Below, piece after piece: positions 1-13,000 of a stretch of 32,626 bases of DNA. Origin of the DNA: Macrostomum lignano (Eukaryota); contig NIVC01004588.1 of the NCBI GenBank assembly GCA_002269645.1, positions 1 through 32,626 of the forward strand, read 5' to 3'. Within the stretch, counting starts at the first letter, position 1. Each line of letters begins with the position of its first letter. The position numbers were made by a program, and so were the translations under genes. Under the pieces are notes generated by a model. The model did no database searches and had not been told where the DNA came from. It saw nothing but the letters and a program-made list of their open reading frames with translations.

Positions 1-2534
1 AGAGCATTGCGCTGCTCTGGATCGAATCTGTACAGACTGCAGCCATCGGCAGCGCTGATTAGCGGCCCGCGAGCGTCCAGGTAGACTGGCTCGCCTCTAT
101 TGAGCTCAGATACCCGACAGGGCAGCAGCCGCGAACACCTGCGTATCGTCTCTAAGGTAAACCGGGGCATAGTAATTTGGCTGGGGACTGGGCCGTTCCT
201 GAGCAGGGCCTGCCGCCTGATGCACCTGCCGATGCCTCATCCATCGATTGCTGATGCTGATGATGCGGCTGGTGCTGCTGTTGCCGCACTCCAGACTGCC
301 CAACGGCTGCTGCTGACGAAGGCGACGGCGAGCCGCCAACACCGCCGCCAATTTCTTTGCGTCGACGATTATTAAAATCCTCGTACGGGGGTCCGCCGGC
401 GCGGTGCCCGCCGCCGCCGCCGGCCTGATTAGGCACGCCGTGTGGATGATGCTTTGAACTGCCTGACGATGCCGGCGACTGCATCTGCGGCGGCCGGGGG
501 GACCAGCGCCACCGCCTCCTGCTACTGGCGCAGCCTTCTTCCCAGTCGGCGAGGGTTGGTGATCCCCGGAACCGGAAGTTGATGAAGAGGGCTGCTGCTG
601 CTGCTGCTGCTGGCCATTCAACAGCACAGCGGGGCTGGCCTCTTTGTTAGCTCCGCCGCCGTTTTGACCACCGCCGGTGCTGCCAGACTGTTGCAGCAGG
701 TCTCTCAACTCGTAGTATCTGGCCAGATCGCTGACAGAAAAATTCCAATTGCGAAATCGATCTTTTTGACGTTCAATTCTGATTGTGTTGTTCTGGTAGG
801 GGCCCATTATGTTGTGATCGAGGCCGTAGAATGCGCACAGCTTGTGCATCAGCATGCGAGTGCGCGGGTCCTGATTGGTCCACAGAGTCTCATCTCCGTC
901 CTGCGGGGGAGTACGGGCGGTGCATTGTGTATAGTTGCCTAGCAACTGAGGATCTGAGAGGCTGGCCCAGCAACTGACACTCTGGGATGCTGGCCCAGCA
1001 ACTGACACTCTGGGAGGCTGGCCCAGCAACTGAGGATCTGGGAGGCCGGCCCAGCAACTGAGGATCTGGGAGGCCGGCCCAGCAACTGAGGATCTGGGAG
1101 ACTGGCCTAGCAACTGAGGATTTGGGAGGCTGGCCCAGCAACTGAGGATCTGGGAGGCTGGCCCAGCAACTGAGGATCTGGAAGGCTGGCCTAGCAACTG
1201 AGGATCTCAGAGGCTGGCCTAGCAACTGAGGATCTAGGAGGCTGGCCCAGCAACTGAGGATCTGGGAGGCTGGCCCAGCAACTGAGGATCTGGGAGGCTG
1301 GCCCAGAAACTGAGGATCTGTGAGGCTGGCCCAGCAACTGAGGATCTGTGAGGCTGGCCCAGCAACTGAGAATCTGGGAGACTGGCCCAGCAACTGAGAA
1401 CCTGGGAAGCTGATGGCCCAGCAACTGAGAATCTGGGAGGCTGGCCCAGCAACTGAGGATCTGGGAGGCCGGCCCAGCAACTGAGGATCTGGGAGGCTGG
1501 CCCAGAAACTGAGGATCTGTGAGGCTGGCCCAGCAACTGAGGATCTGTGAGGCTGGCCCAGCAACTGAGAATCTGGGAGACTGGCCCAGCAACTGAGAAT
1601 CTGGGAAGCTGATGGCCCAGCAACTGAGAATCTGGGAGGCTGACCCAGCAACTAAGAATCTGGGAGGCTGATGGCCCAGCGACTGACACTCTGGAAGCTG
1701 GCCCAGCAACTGAGGATCTGGAAGGGCTGGACAAGCAATGGAGATAGCAAAAGTCTACGGTGTCGTGACCCTATCTAAGAACTATAATAGCAGCATTGAT
1801 CCATGAATAGTGGTCAGTATAAAAGTCCACCTGAGAGCCCTGATCAAGAATCTTGGCCTGATGCTTGAGCCACTCGTCCAGCTCCAGCAGGTGAGCCCGA
1901 TCTTTGCGCAGATTATCGCAAGACAGAGTCTTCTCCAAGAAGGATCCAATATCGTCGTTAAGAGTGTCCGCACGCCAATGCCATCCTCCATTACTCGCAG
2001 ATAGTCAGCCAGGCGTTTAGCTAGATCTTCCAGTTCCTCGCGCTGCTGCTGGGTTGCCAGCGTATCTGTAGCCGATGACGCAGCAGCAGCCGCCGGATGT
2101 CTCGCAGGAGACGCCGAAGCTGATGCTTTCTTGCTGCTGGCTCGGCTGCCTTCGGCGCTGTTACCGCCGACTCCTACGGCTGATGCACACGAGGCCGCAG
2201 TATTGGCAGCATTATTATCGTCAAATGGCGGCGGTCCGTCGCCGCTTGGAGCTACGCTAGCGGCTGGCGCTTCGCTAGCATCGGTGGATTCGGCAGTGCT
2301 AGGCGGATCTGGTGGCGGCACAGACGGCAACTCGACGCTCTTCTTGGCGGCCACGGGCGAGTCTGTTGTTGCTGTTGTTGTTGAAAGCACTGACGATGAC
2401 GAAGCGGCGGAAACCTCGGCGGCCGACACTACAGCAGTTGAAGAAGACATGCTGACTAAAGCCTGGCTTCTAGGAGACTCCTCTTGCTGTTGTTGCTGTT
2501 TCCTTTTCTTTTTCTTCTGCCGATCTTTTTTGTC
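1..2534 (-). CDS. R3H-domain RNA-binding protein, ARPP21/R3HDM/Encore-like; exons ~2534..1831 and 900..window edge; several frame breaks; 3' end probably outside the window
   Basis: Donor CAG|GTGGAC (exon ends 1831) joins acceptor tcccccgcag|GAC (exon starts 900) in phase 0. This gives DDIGSFLEKTLSCDNLRKDRAHLLELDEWLKHQAKILDQGSQ|DGDETLWTNQDPRTRMLMHKLCAFYGLDHN, an RxxxH R3H core resembling ARPP21/R3HDM (FLVNTL..RDRMMLLKLE..HRMLLHRVAAYFGxDHN). The S/A/P-rich N-terminus (ORF 2450) and the G/Q/H-rich C-terminus are in different frames. An in-frame acceptor tttaaacag|GAC lies at 2535/2534. Confidence 0.8.
935..1730. repeat. 28-bp minisatellite (ggctggcccagcaactgaggatctggga) filling the R3H gene intron 901-1830
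   Basis: About 28 tandem copies with variants, seen directly; explains the repetitive ORFs 890-1734. Confidence 0.95.
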
Positions 2535-4548
2535 CTGTTTAAAATCCAGAATTCCGATTTAAATTAGGAATTCAAAGTCTTTAAAAATGTACCTCCTATC
2601 TTGTAGTTTTTAGTCGAAGGATTAGCTGAAGGGGCGATCACAATGGCCCCTTAATTAGTTAACCAGCAACTGTCTCTTGCGCACACTGCACTGCTTGGTT
2701 CTGCAGACTTCAGGCAAGTGTGGCATCAAAGTGTTATTTTATATAGCTCTATAATTTTATTAGGCCAAGAAAGTATGCACCAGTTTTTACACATTTACAA
2801 AGTATTGGAAAAACTGATTACGCTTGTACTAATAATCATAATATAATATAATCAGTTTTGTGATCTAGTCCTAATCTACCAAAAATACTTGCTAGATTGA
2901 CCAGTACTAATAATAGTTTGGTATATATGAAATATAAGATAATAATAATAATAATTGATTACATCTGCCCTAATGGGCAGATTTGCAACCAACAACTCAG
3001 CTGCAGCTATCTATTATAATGCACACATTACAATCTCTTAAAAAACTTTAAAACACCTAGATCTAGACAACCTTATGGCAAAATAGCTTTGCTTTGCATG
3101 CATGCAATCAAAATCTTTTCTCATTATTTTTCAACTACTATTCAAGTTTTTATTCATTTTCATTTATTTTTTGCTTTGATTCTATTAATTTAGTGAGTAT
3201 TGCTGGACTATAAAAGTGACTAATGGAATGTGAGTACCAATGAAAAAAATAAAAAAATGTAATATTAGAACCATATAGCAATAACTACTGGTTACTAAAA
3301 AAGATCTGTAATTGATAATAAATATATTTAAGTGCAAGTTAAAGGGCATATCATTATGAACAATTTATTTAGACAAAAGAATAGCTAGAATTTTTCAAGC
3401 AAAAAATATTTTTTTAATTAAAAAATCAATGGTTAGACATTTTTTGCTTTAAGGATTACTAATGAGATAGAATTACATTTTGAATATACTTGATAATATT
3501 TTTTAGACATTAATTACAAGAAAAATAACATAATATAATAATATAAATAGTTGTATAGTTATTTGATGCTACAACTGCTTTTACATTTCCTTTTTAACTA
3601 TATTGATTAGGTTGACTAGGAATTAGGAATTATTAATTTAATAATATCACAAAAAGAATAGAATTATAAAGTATTATGAACAATAAAAGTAGCTATTGCA
3701 TTTAACAGTATAGATTATTTTTTTTAATTTGTAACAAAAAAAATTAATTCTAATATGAATAGCCTATTTTATAGCTAGGTAAACTAAAGCAATGTTGGAT
3801 TAAGTGTCTTGCTCTAAGACACAAATAATACCAAGCATACATGTGCAACTGCTTGCCAACACTGTAAATTGTGGTAGACTAAGGGTAAGTCATAAAAATC
3901 CCATCCTAAAAAATACAGACATAGTATTAATTAGATGACGAAACTTTTAGCTTTAATAAGATAGTCATAATTACTTCTACCATTTACCTAGAATTATACC
4001 AATTTTGCTTTAGGGTTTCTTCATAGAAAAATTGCATTTTGTTCAAAAAAGTAAGTTACATGGCTGGTATAAATTAGGAAGTTGCATATGTATAACTCTA
4101 AGCATAGAATTCTGTGATTCCAAGTAGGTTAATAATTAAATTAAGCCAATCTACTGCTTTAAGCTTAGGCTAGAATTTGACCAATCCCATGATTAGAAAA
4201 AGCCTTTGGTGAAAATTTTAAGGTTAAATATGTGCAACATATTTTTTGTTTTTCTTTTTGATTGTTGCAAGGTTAATAATGATCTATAGGCCTTATTGTA
4301 AATGAAAAATGATATTATTTTGTGACATTTAAAAAGCATAAAAGTAGACCTAGGCCTATTACTACATATTAGACTTGGTAGTTAAGAAGCAAATCAAATA
4401 TCAAAATTTATATATATTAATAAACTTCATACATAATCTATAATATTATAAATGACAAATTTATTGGCAATATATTAGCAATTATTGGAAATTTTGACAG
4501 ATTTGTTTTACATTGCATTTTAAACCTATGAAAATGAAGTTTGTCAAA

Positions 4549-4556
<8 letters not shown>

Positions 4557-4584
<28 letters not shown>
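4557..4584. repeat. (AT)14 microsatellite
   Basis: Seen directly. Confidence 0.95.
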
Positions 4585-4587
<3 letters not shown>

Positions 4588-4679
4588 GCCAACTCCTCCA
4601 CTGGAGAAGAAACGGGAAGAACTCCTATCACCGCGGAATCCATCAGCTGAATCCTATGACCCGAATCCCATCATTCAAG

Positions 4680-5090
4680 TCCTCTCTAAAATCTATCAAA
4701 TTCCTCCTCCATAAAACAGAAATCCATCAAAATCCTTTCTCAAACAGATTTTTATTCATAAAAACTCTCAGTCAAAGACATATTCATCAAAATCCTCTCC
4801 GTGAAACAGAAATCTGTCAAAATTCCCTCTATGAAATAGAACTCCATCAAAATCCTTTTTGTGAAACAGAACTCCATCAAAATTCCCTCCATGAAACAGA
4901 ACTCCATCAAAATCCTCTCCATGAAATTTAAATTCATCAAAATCCTCTCCGTGAAACTTAAATTCATCAAAATCCTCTCCGTGAAACTTAAATTCATCAA
5001 AATCCTCTCCATGAAACCGATATTCATCAAAATTCACTCTGTTAAACAAATATCTATCAAGATTATCTCCTTCAAGCAAAAATCCATCAA
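4680..5090. repeat. Degenerate 30-bp minisatellite (aaattcatcaaaatcctctccgtgaaactt)
   Basis: Near-perfect copies at 4900-5030, decaying on both sides. Confidence 0.9.
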
Positions 5091-7942
5091 TTTAATCAAC
5101 AGACTCTGTTAAATTGGAGTGTATTAAAAAGGCTTTCTAATTGATTGGCTTAAATATATGCAAAGAAAAGGATTTAGTGGTTAGGGTTAGGGTTAGAGCT
5201 GCACAGTGCTTCCTGTTGAAAGGTGCCAATAATAAAAAATTGAACCAATTGAACAAATTAATTGCGAAATTGACTTTTCAGTCAGTTAGTATCAGTCTCA
5301 ATTAAAGTTAACAAAATGATTGCGCAATATAAATCAACCCTCCAATACACAGCGGCAGTTAGAAATTGAAGCCCCAAATTTATCTATTGCGTCTCACAAA
5401 AATAAGTACAATCTGCAGAAAGTTAAAAGCTTGAAAATCGTTTTTTGAATGCTGTGCTTTTAGTTTTCATACTTTAAGCAAACAACTTATATCAGCATTG
5501 AAAGATCTTTCCAACAATATAAGTCTCTTCTTTCAAAGTTCAAAACTCAAGGAACAGTTTGTGTTTGAAATTTTATAGTTTAAAGCATTGAATTTTTTAG
5601 CGTACATTCATTGCCTGCTACAGTGAGAGGCTTGCAAGTTCATGCATTGAATTTCACTGCTCGCCAGTTAGCAAGGTCCAAGTGTACACACGCAGCCACT
5701 TAGAATGCCCCCATCCCCCCACTGGAGAGAAAATACACTGCCAAGATAGGAAAAAGTTGTGGCGCAATCACTCAAAACTGATGAAAATTTTCAGTTCAAA
5801 GCAGAAAAAGTGGCTAAAGAAGGTTAAGAAAACAGTTTTCTGCTTTTTTAGCAGACTTAATTTAGAAAATTTCAACATTAAAATAGCCTATTTGTTGCAT
5901 AGGAAAATTCTGCATTGATATATATAAGTCCCGCATTTGAGTTGCCAGCAGTTTAGGAGGATACGCGTTAAACCCGCCGGTCGATTGATCAATCTACTCA
6001 GCTTTAGATATAAGAAGACATCATATACTTTAGTTTATCTACCAAATATAAGATAGTAAAGTATAAAAAAGAAGTATTAATGCATATAAAATGTAAAGTT
6101 TTGAAAGCTTTAAACTGACTCTATTAAGAATAGACCTATTTAGTTTCTTTTATTTAATATAAAAGATATTAACAATTAGCCATTACTAACAAAGCAAGCA
6201 GAAATACCAACTACTAACCAAAGTCCAGATCATGCTAGGTGCATGCTCAAACAAAAATTGAACAATTACAAATGCACACTAAAAAAATTGAGTAATGCTT
6301 ATTCTCAGAACTATGCTATGCTAGTGTTGCATTAATAAAAGACTTTATATTGTGACAATAAACAACATTTTTGAGTTGCATAATAGACCCTTTTTGGCAA
6401 GTAATTTGGTTAATTTTTCTGCTTTTTTGGCTATACTATTTACAGTGGAAAACTGATGCATGCAAATATTTGTTTAAATACTTTATCACAAGTTAAAGAA
6501 ACCAGGAAAGCTTGAAATTTATGCTTAAAAATGAACTTTTTTATATTTTTTATTTTACAATAACTCTTTCCTGTGATTCTATAAAATGTATACCAAATAT
6601 GCATGCACACCTTTTTAGAAGTGATGCATGCCAACTGTGCATACTTATTTTTGGAATTCATTGCCAATATATGCCCAAATTGTTGGGAGTATACTACATG
6701 ATCCAGGAGTGTGGCCACCAACCAATACTAAATTTATCCATTAGTAATTTGAAAAATGAAAATAAAAATTTTGACAGACTTCATTTTTATGGGTTTAAAA
6801 TGCAATACAAAGCCATTAAATTAATAGAAATTAGGCCTAGCATAATGATAATATAGGCCTAACAAATTGGGTTTAAATAAAAAAACATAGGCCCTAGGTC
6901 TATGCTAAATTAAAAAAGATTTTTTAACAAAATTAAACTAAAGATTTGTTTCATTTTTTGTTGGGTTAGTTGCAAAACTAGGAGTAGGACTAACTAGGGC
7001 CTAAGTCAAAATCAAATTGTGTTTAATACTTACACTAGGCCTAAGTAAGTTGCATGCCTAGCCTAGCCAGCACAATTCGCTTGTTTGTTAATCAGTTTTA
7101 TTTGGTACTTAAAAATCTAAGTAAAACACAGTCAAGGCTCTTTTTTAAAACTTAAGAATTAAAAATACAAGGTAGGTAAACCTAATACCGTAATGGACGC
7201 CAGACGGTAAAATAAAGGTAGACAATTTTTATTGTCTGACTTCTAACTAAAATTTGCGAGTCTGCCTAGGCCCCTGCTAAGAAATTAATTACTGAGCTAA
7301 AAGTATTCGATTAGAATTTAGACTGAAAATGACTAGTTGACATACTTGGCTTATTATTGCTACGACATTTCAATTAATTATTACGTCAAGTTTCAAAGAA
7401 ACAGGCAATTTTAGACTCAAACTAAAAAATCTCATCAACGTTTGTTTTGAACAATCTGGCACAGTTTAAATAGGTCAAAAATTACTGACCAATTGCTGTA
7501 GAAGTATTTTAAAATTGGTGTAAATTACGGAATAATTTTTATTTGAGCTTCTATATATGTTCATTTTTACCTTTTGGAGCTTATTAAATTGAAACCTAAT
7601 TTGTTAAATTAGACAAAAAACTTAAACTCTCTGGTTTCCAAGACTACTTTTAACAGCTCTGTCTTGTAAGTTTTTTTCTCATAACATAATGCTGGGCCTA
7701 ATTTTTTGTCAAGCGCTTTTAGCTATATTATATTTTTTAATTGAATAAATCGTTTAAATGGCTACTTAAAGTATTCTCAAAAGTATTAAAATGACGTTTT
7801 GTTTTTTTCATCATGGTAATAAGTCTACAATTAGTCGATTATTAACGGTAATTAACCTATGGCTATGAATACCTACCTACTATCAAATATAGATAGGCTA
7901 TAGATAGGCTATTTGAATAATAGCCTAATAGCCTATCAGTTG

Positions 7943-8418
7943 TAGGGATTGCAAAATCCCGTTTTTTGTGATCCCAGGATCAGAAAAATACTGATTTTTA
8001 AGCTTCTGGGTTGAAATTTTAAGGCAAAATATACACTAAATGTTTTCTTCTTCCATTTTTGATTGTTATAGAATTAATGATCTATTTGTAGATCAAAAAA
8101 GCATTATCTTGGGATGTATTTAAGTAAGTAGTATAAAAGTACTAATTAGTAGTAAAGAAGCAAATCATATATCAAAATTTACATTGGAACAAATTTCACA
8201 TTTAAATCTGTGATGTGGGGTTTTAAAAGGTGCCATGCAATGTGAGGCAATTAATGCCATAATGGAAATTAGTTTTAACTATAATAAACTAGTTTTAAGC
8301 CGAATTATGATCATATTATAGCACTTTAAAAAAATATTAACAAAATTAAAATTAGTCCCAGGATTTAGGCCCAATCTTGGGATTTTTGGATCCTGAGATC
8401 CTGGGATTACAATCCCTA
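7943..8418. mobile_element. Putative MITE / non-autonomous DNA transposon (hAT-like ends)
   Basis: Terminal inverted repeat TAGGGATTG (7943) ... CAATCCCTA (8418), extending imperfectly to AATCCC. Subterminal ATCCCAGGATC (7971-7981) pairs with GATCCTGGGAT (8397-8407). AT-rich non-coding interior; no clean 8-bp TSD (ATCAGTTG vs ATCATAAT). Confidence 0.5.
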
Positions 8419-10088
8419 ATCATAATCAGTTATGATACTTATTTTTAGGGCTCTTTTATATTCTATAACCATTTTTTTGGCAATGCTTATTCTCTTGGTC
8501 CCACTCCCACGCCAATAATAATATGACAATATTATCTATATAGTGATGTGCTAATAATAGGCCTAGGTCTACCCTGCTTATTTGCATGGCAGCTGAATTA
8601 TGGCTGCTGAATAGGCCCACTACTCTTATTTAATTTTAGCATATATTATGCATGTATGGGTTTTCTGACAGATATTTTTTCTTTGAACAGATAATTAAAA
8701 AAATGAATTTATGTTTTGGGATACATTCCTTAATCTGACGCCGTTGCCATATTCAGCTTAAAAATTTTAAAGTAGAAATTTTCTGTCCTAAAGAAAAAAC
8801 ATTGGCATAAATACAGCGTGTCAAAAGATGAATTCAGTGGCACCCCTTGCAAACACATTTTGGAAGCAAGTATCACAAGAAATACAAAAGACAATCATGT
8901 GTTTAAGATGTCATTGCAAAGCTAAAACATGTGTCAAGAAATGATAAAAGTTTCAGAACAAAAGATTGAAGCATAGAGATATAGCAATCTGTTAGGAAAC
9001 TAATGAATTATAAGGTTGCATATATCTTTATGAATTATGCAACTCTAAAATTTTCCCACCAAAGTTTCTTAGGCCCTTTAACTACACTGTAATGATTTTA
9101 TTTATTTTAGTTTACTAATATTGTTCAAAAAATGTATATTGTATTATATATGCATACATTTGAAATTTGATATCAGCACTATCAAAAACCCTTATAGCAA
9201 TTAAATTATCATTCTATCAAAATTGCAACTAATTTATCAATATAAACTTGAAAAAATCCTTATAACTTTGCTACTATGCAGGCAAAGCATTATTGGCATA
9301 GTACAATATAGATAATATTGGCACTATTGGCATGGGACTATGAGAATAACCATTATAATTTTCTTTATGCTATAAGTCTCTAGCTTCATAGCTTATTATT
9401 TCCCATAACTACCTATAACTTAATTATATTTAATCCAATAGCAAAAATTCATATAATTTATATAAAGCAATGGTTGCTTATTCTACTCTCTTGCAGTCTT
9501 GGTCTTCTATATTGTATTGTCATTGTGTATATTATAAGAATGTATTTAGTTTAATTAATAGCCTAATTGTTTAATACAATATATTTTGTAGATAAATATA
9601 TATTTATATATACATAATATAAATTTTGTAGGATATTTAAAATAAATTGAAATTTCACTATATATACTTTAGTTAAACAGTTTGGGAGACCATTGTAAAG
9701 TTGTTTGTATATCCACACACAGAGTTTTCATTTTTATGTGTAGAAGATATAACTATTAAACTTATGATTTTATTATTTTTATCATGTCCCCATTAGTCAT
9801 ATCTAATCATCTATATAAATATGAGTAGGCCCCAAGTGTTTACAATTAAGTATATTCATAGACAAATATATTACCAAGTCAAAGACTAGGCTTATATTTA
9901 AGTAAGCATGAATATATAAAATCATGACCTACATCTAATAACTTATTTTTCTAAATTTCCCTATTATCTCTATAGATTTTCTCCAGATTTTACTGGGTTT
10001 AAAGCAAGTTAGAATCTGAATATAGCTACTGAGATGTATATGGCAAGAAAATGATTATCTCTTTTCATTTTACAGACGAGTGGCCACT

Positions 10089-13000
10089 ATGCAATGCATC
10101 AGCTGCAGCCCATTCAGCATCATTCACTGCTCTAGCCAGGATGCAGGCCATCCAGCCACTGCACTTCAGTCACCATCGCCATGGTCTACAGGTTGGCTCA
10201 GTGCCAAATTCTGTCTCTATCCTCAAGAATTAGTTCTTGGCTTAGAGGAGCCACTAAAAGTGCGCAAGATCCAGCTGGTATCGCATCCACACTGCATCGC
10301 TTCGAAGGTTTGTGCTTTTTGTTCAAATTTTATGAATAATTTATAGTGCTGTAAGAGTCAGACGCATTCTAGGGGTAATAAAAACTGAATGGTGATGCTC
10401 AACTGTTATAGTAGGCACCAAAATTGGAAAGGATACGCCCAATCAGAAAATGGAGTCGCCAAACTCAGAATAGAAGCGCCAAATTTGAAATAAAAGCGCC
10501 AAATTTGAAATAGAAGCGCCAAATTTGGAATAGAAGCGCTAAATTTGGCATAGCGCTAAATTTGGAGTGAAAGCGCCAAATTTGGAATACAAGCACCAAA
10601 TTTGGAATACAAGCGCCAAATTTGGAATAGAAGCGCCAACTTTGGAATAGAAGCGCCAAATTTGGAGTGAAAGCGCCAAATTTGGAATACAAGCACCAAA
10701 TTTGGAATACAAGCACCAAATTTGGAATACAAGCACCAAATTTGGAATACAAGCACCAAATTTGGAGTGAAAGCGCCAAATTTGGAATACAAGCACCAAA
10801 TTTGGAATACAAGCACCAAATTTGGAATACAAGCGCCAAATTTGGAATACAAGCGCCAAATTTGGAATACAAGCACCAAATTTGGAATACAAGCACCAAA
10901 TTTGGAATACAAGCGCCAAATTTGGAATACAAGCGCCAAATTTGGAATACAAGCGCCAAATTTGGAATACAAGCACCAAATTTGGAATACAAGCACCAAA
11001 TTTGGAATACAAGCACCAAATTTGGAATACAAGCGCCAAATTTGGAATACAAGCGCCAGTGAAAAGCAATAATCTAGTATAAAACAATATCATTTACGTT
11101 CAATTTGTCAAACCGGCTTAGGTCGAATTCTACATCGGCGACTGCCCGCCAGATGAGCCTAGACACGTCAACAATGTCCGCTGGAGCCGACTCGGTCACG
11201 TGGCGTTGCTTAGCAACCAGTCGGGCAAACAGAAGCGCGAATTAAAATCCATCCATTTAGAGGCCAATGGTAGCTTCGTGAAACTCAGCCTGCATAGCAA
11301 CCATAGCAACGCAGAGAGAAATCCATACAATCAGGTGGGAATTATTGCCCTAGCGATACAGTCTCAGCCTCTGGATGCTGACGATGATGAAGCTAGTAAA
11401 AGTACACCGGCCGCAGCCGCCGCGGCTTACCAATCACCCTACGTGGATCTTGGCTTTGATTTGACCTGCCACCCCCGCCTTGTCCAGCTGATCCGAGAGT
11501 TGGACTGGGAGAAACAGCAATTGGTTGCTAAGGAGTTGCTAGGCGCCGCTAAAGGCGTTCAGGTGGGTTAGTTAAATTTATTTATTTAAAAATAAGCGTC
11601 AGCTTTATAGACTACCTGCCAATATTAGAAATCTACCTGCTAATATTAGTAATCTACCTGCCAATAGTAAAAATCTACCTACCAATATTAGAAATTTACC
11701 TACCAATATTAGAAATCTACCTACCAATATTAGAAATCTACCTGCCAATATTAGAAATTTACCTACCAATATTAGAAATCTACCTACCAATATTAGAAAT
11801 CTACCTACCAATATTAGAAATCTACCTACCAATATTAGAAATCTACCTACCAATATTAGAAATCTACCTGCCAATATTAGAAATCTACCTGCCAGTATTA
11901 GAAATCTACCTGCCAGTATTAGAAATCTACCTGCCAGTATTAGAAATCTACCTGCCAGTATTAGAAATCTACCTGTCAGTATTAAAAATCTACCTGCCAG
12001 TATTAGAAATCTACCTGCCAGTATTAGAAATCTACCTGACAGTATTAGAAATCTACCTGCCAGTATTAGAAATCTACCTGTCAGTATTAAAAATCTACCT
12101 GCCAGTATTAGAAATCTACTTGTCAGTATTAGAAATCTACCTGCCAGTATTAGAAATCTACCTGTCAGTATTAGAAATCTACCTGTCAGTATTAGAAATC
12201 TACCTGCTAATATTAGAAATCTTACTGCCAATATAAGAAATCTTACTGCCAATATATCTACCTGCAAATTTTAAGATGATTAATATTTCCAATCAACCTG
12301 TCCCCAGGCTCGGATCAGTGCCGCTGTGTCCGCCGGCCAAGAGCTGGCAGAGCTTGAGTTGGCCAAAGCCAAAGCCATAGCCATAGAGGACTATGGCCTA
12401 GCTGAGGACTATAAAATTGCTATACAGAATAAATTGGATGCCGCTGTGGCCGCGGCTAATGCTATTGCTTTTTCGCCTGCGGCTAATGCTCCTGTTTTTA
12501 ACGATACAGCCTACAATGAAGCTAATAAAGAAGAATCTGCTTCTGAATTGCCTAGCGTTGCTATGGACACGGCTAGGACGGAGAGGCAGTCTGAGATTGG
12601 CTTTATTGACGGAAGCACTGGCGGCGGCGCTACCGATCGGAGGAATGTTTTGGCGCTGAGTCACGATGATACTCCGCTGCCCACTTTGCAGGTTGGCTTG
12701 GATGTCTATGGCAAATAGGGGTCTTGGATGTCTATGGCTAATATGGGGTCTCGGATGTCTATGGCTAATAGGGGTGTCTTAGATGTCTATGGCTAATAGG
12801 GGTCTCGGATGTCTATGGCTAATAGGGGTGTCTTAGATGTCTATGGCTAATAGGGGTCTCGGATGTCTATGGCTAATAGGGGTCTCGGATGTGTATGGCT
12901 AATAGGGGTGTCTTGGATGTCTATGGCTAATAGGGGTCTCGGATGTCTATGGCTAATAGGGGTCTCGGATGTCTATGGCTAATAGGGGTCTTGGATGTCT

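Noticed and set aside
890-1734. Long minus-strand ORFs (LLGQPPRSSVAGPASQ repeats)
   Set aside because: Translations of the 28-bp intronic minisatellite, inside a GT..AG intron whose removal restores the R3H domain.
1782-1960. C-terminal part of ORF 1782-2450 as the real protein
   Set aside because: The conserved R3H-upstream helix is in the -1 frame and ends at the donor at 1831.
2700-2725. CAG|GCAAGT as a GC-AG donor for a CEP104 5'UTR exon (bidirectional promoter shared with the R3H gene, 7.4-kb intron)
   Set aside because: The motif fits, but one motif in 7 kb is not enough without transcript data.
4656-5112. ORFs resembling pentapeptide-repeat proteins (FHGEDFDE)
   Set aside because: Open on both strands because of a 30-bp repeat; no splice or homology support.
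5682-6856. Short ORFs in the AT-rich interval
   Set aside because: AT-rich codon use, no recognisable domain and no splice support.
10051-10233. 60-aa ORF overlapping the CEP104 start
   Set aside because: Wrong frame; CEP104 homology is in the 10089 frame.
10465-12267. Repetitive ORFs within CEP104 introns 1 and 2
   Set aside because: Stop-free frames of 20- and 21-bp arrays.
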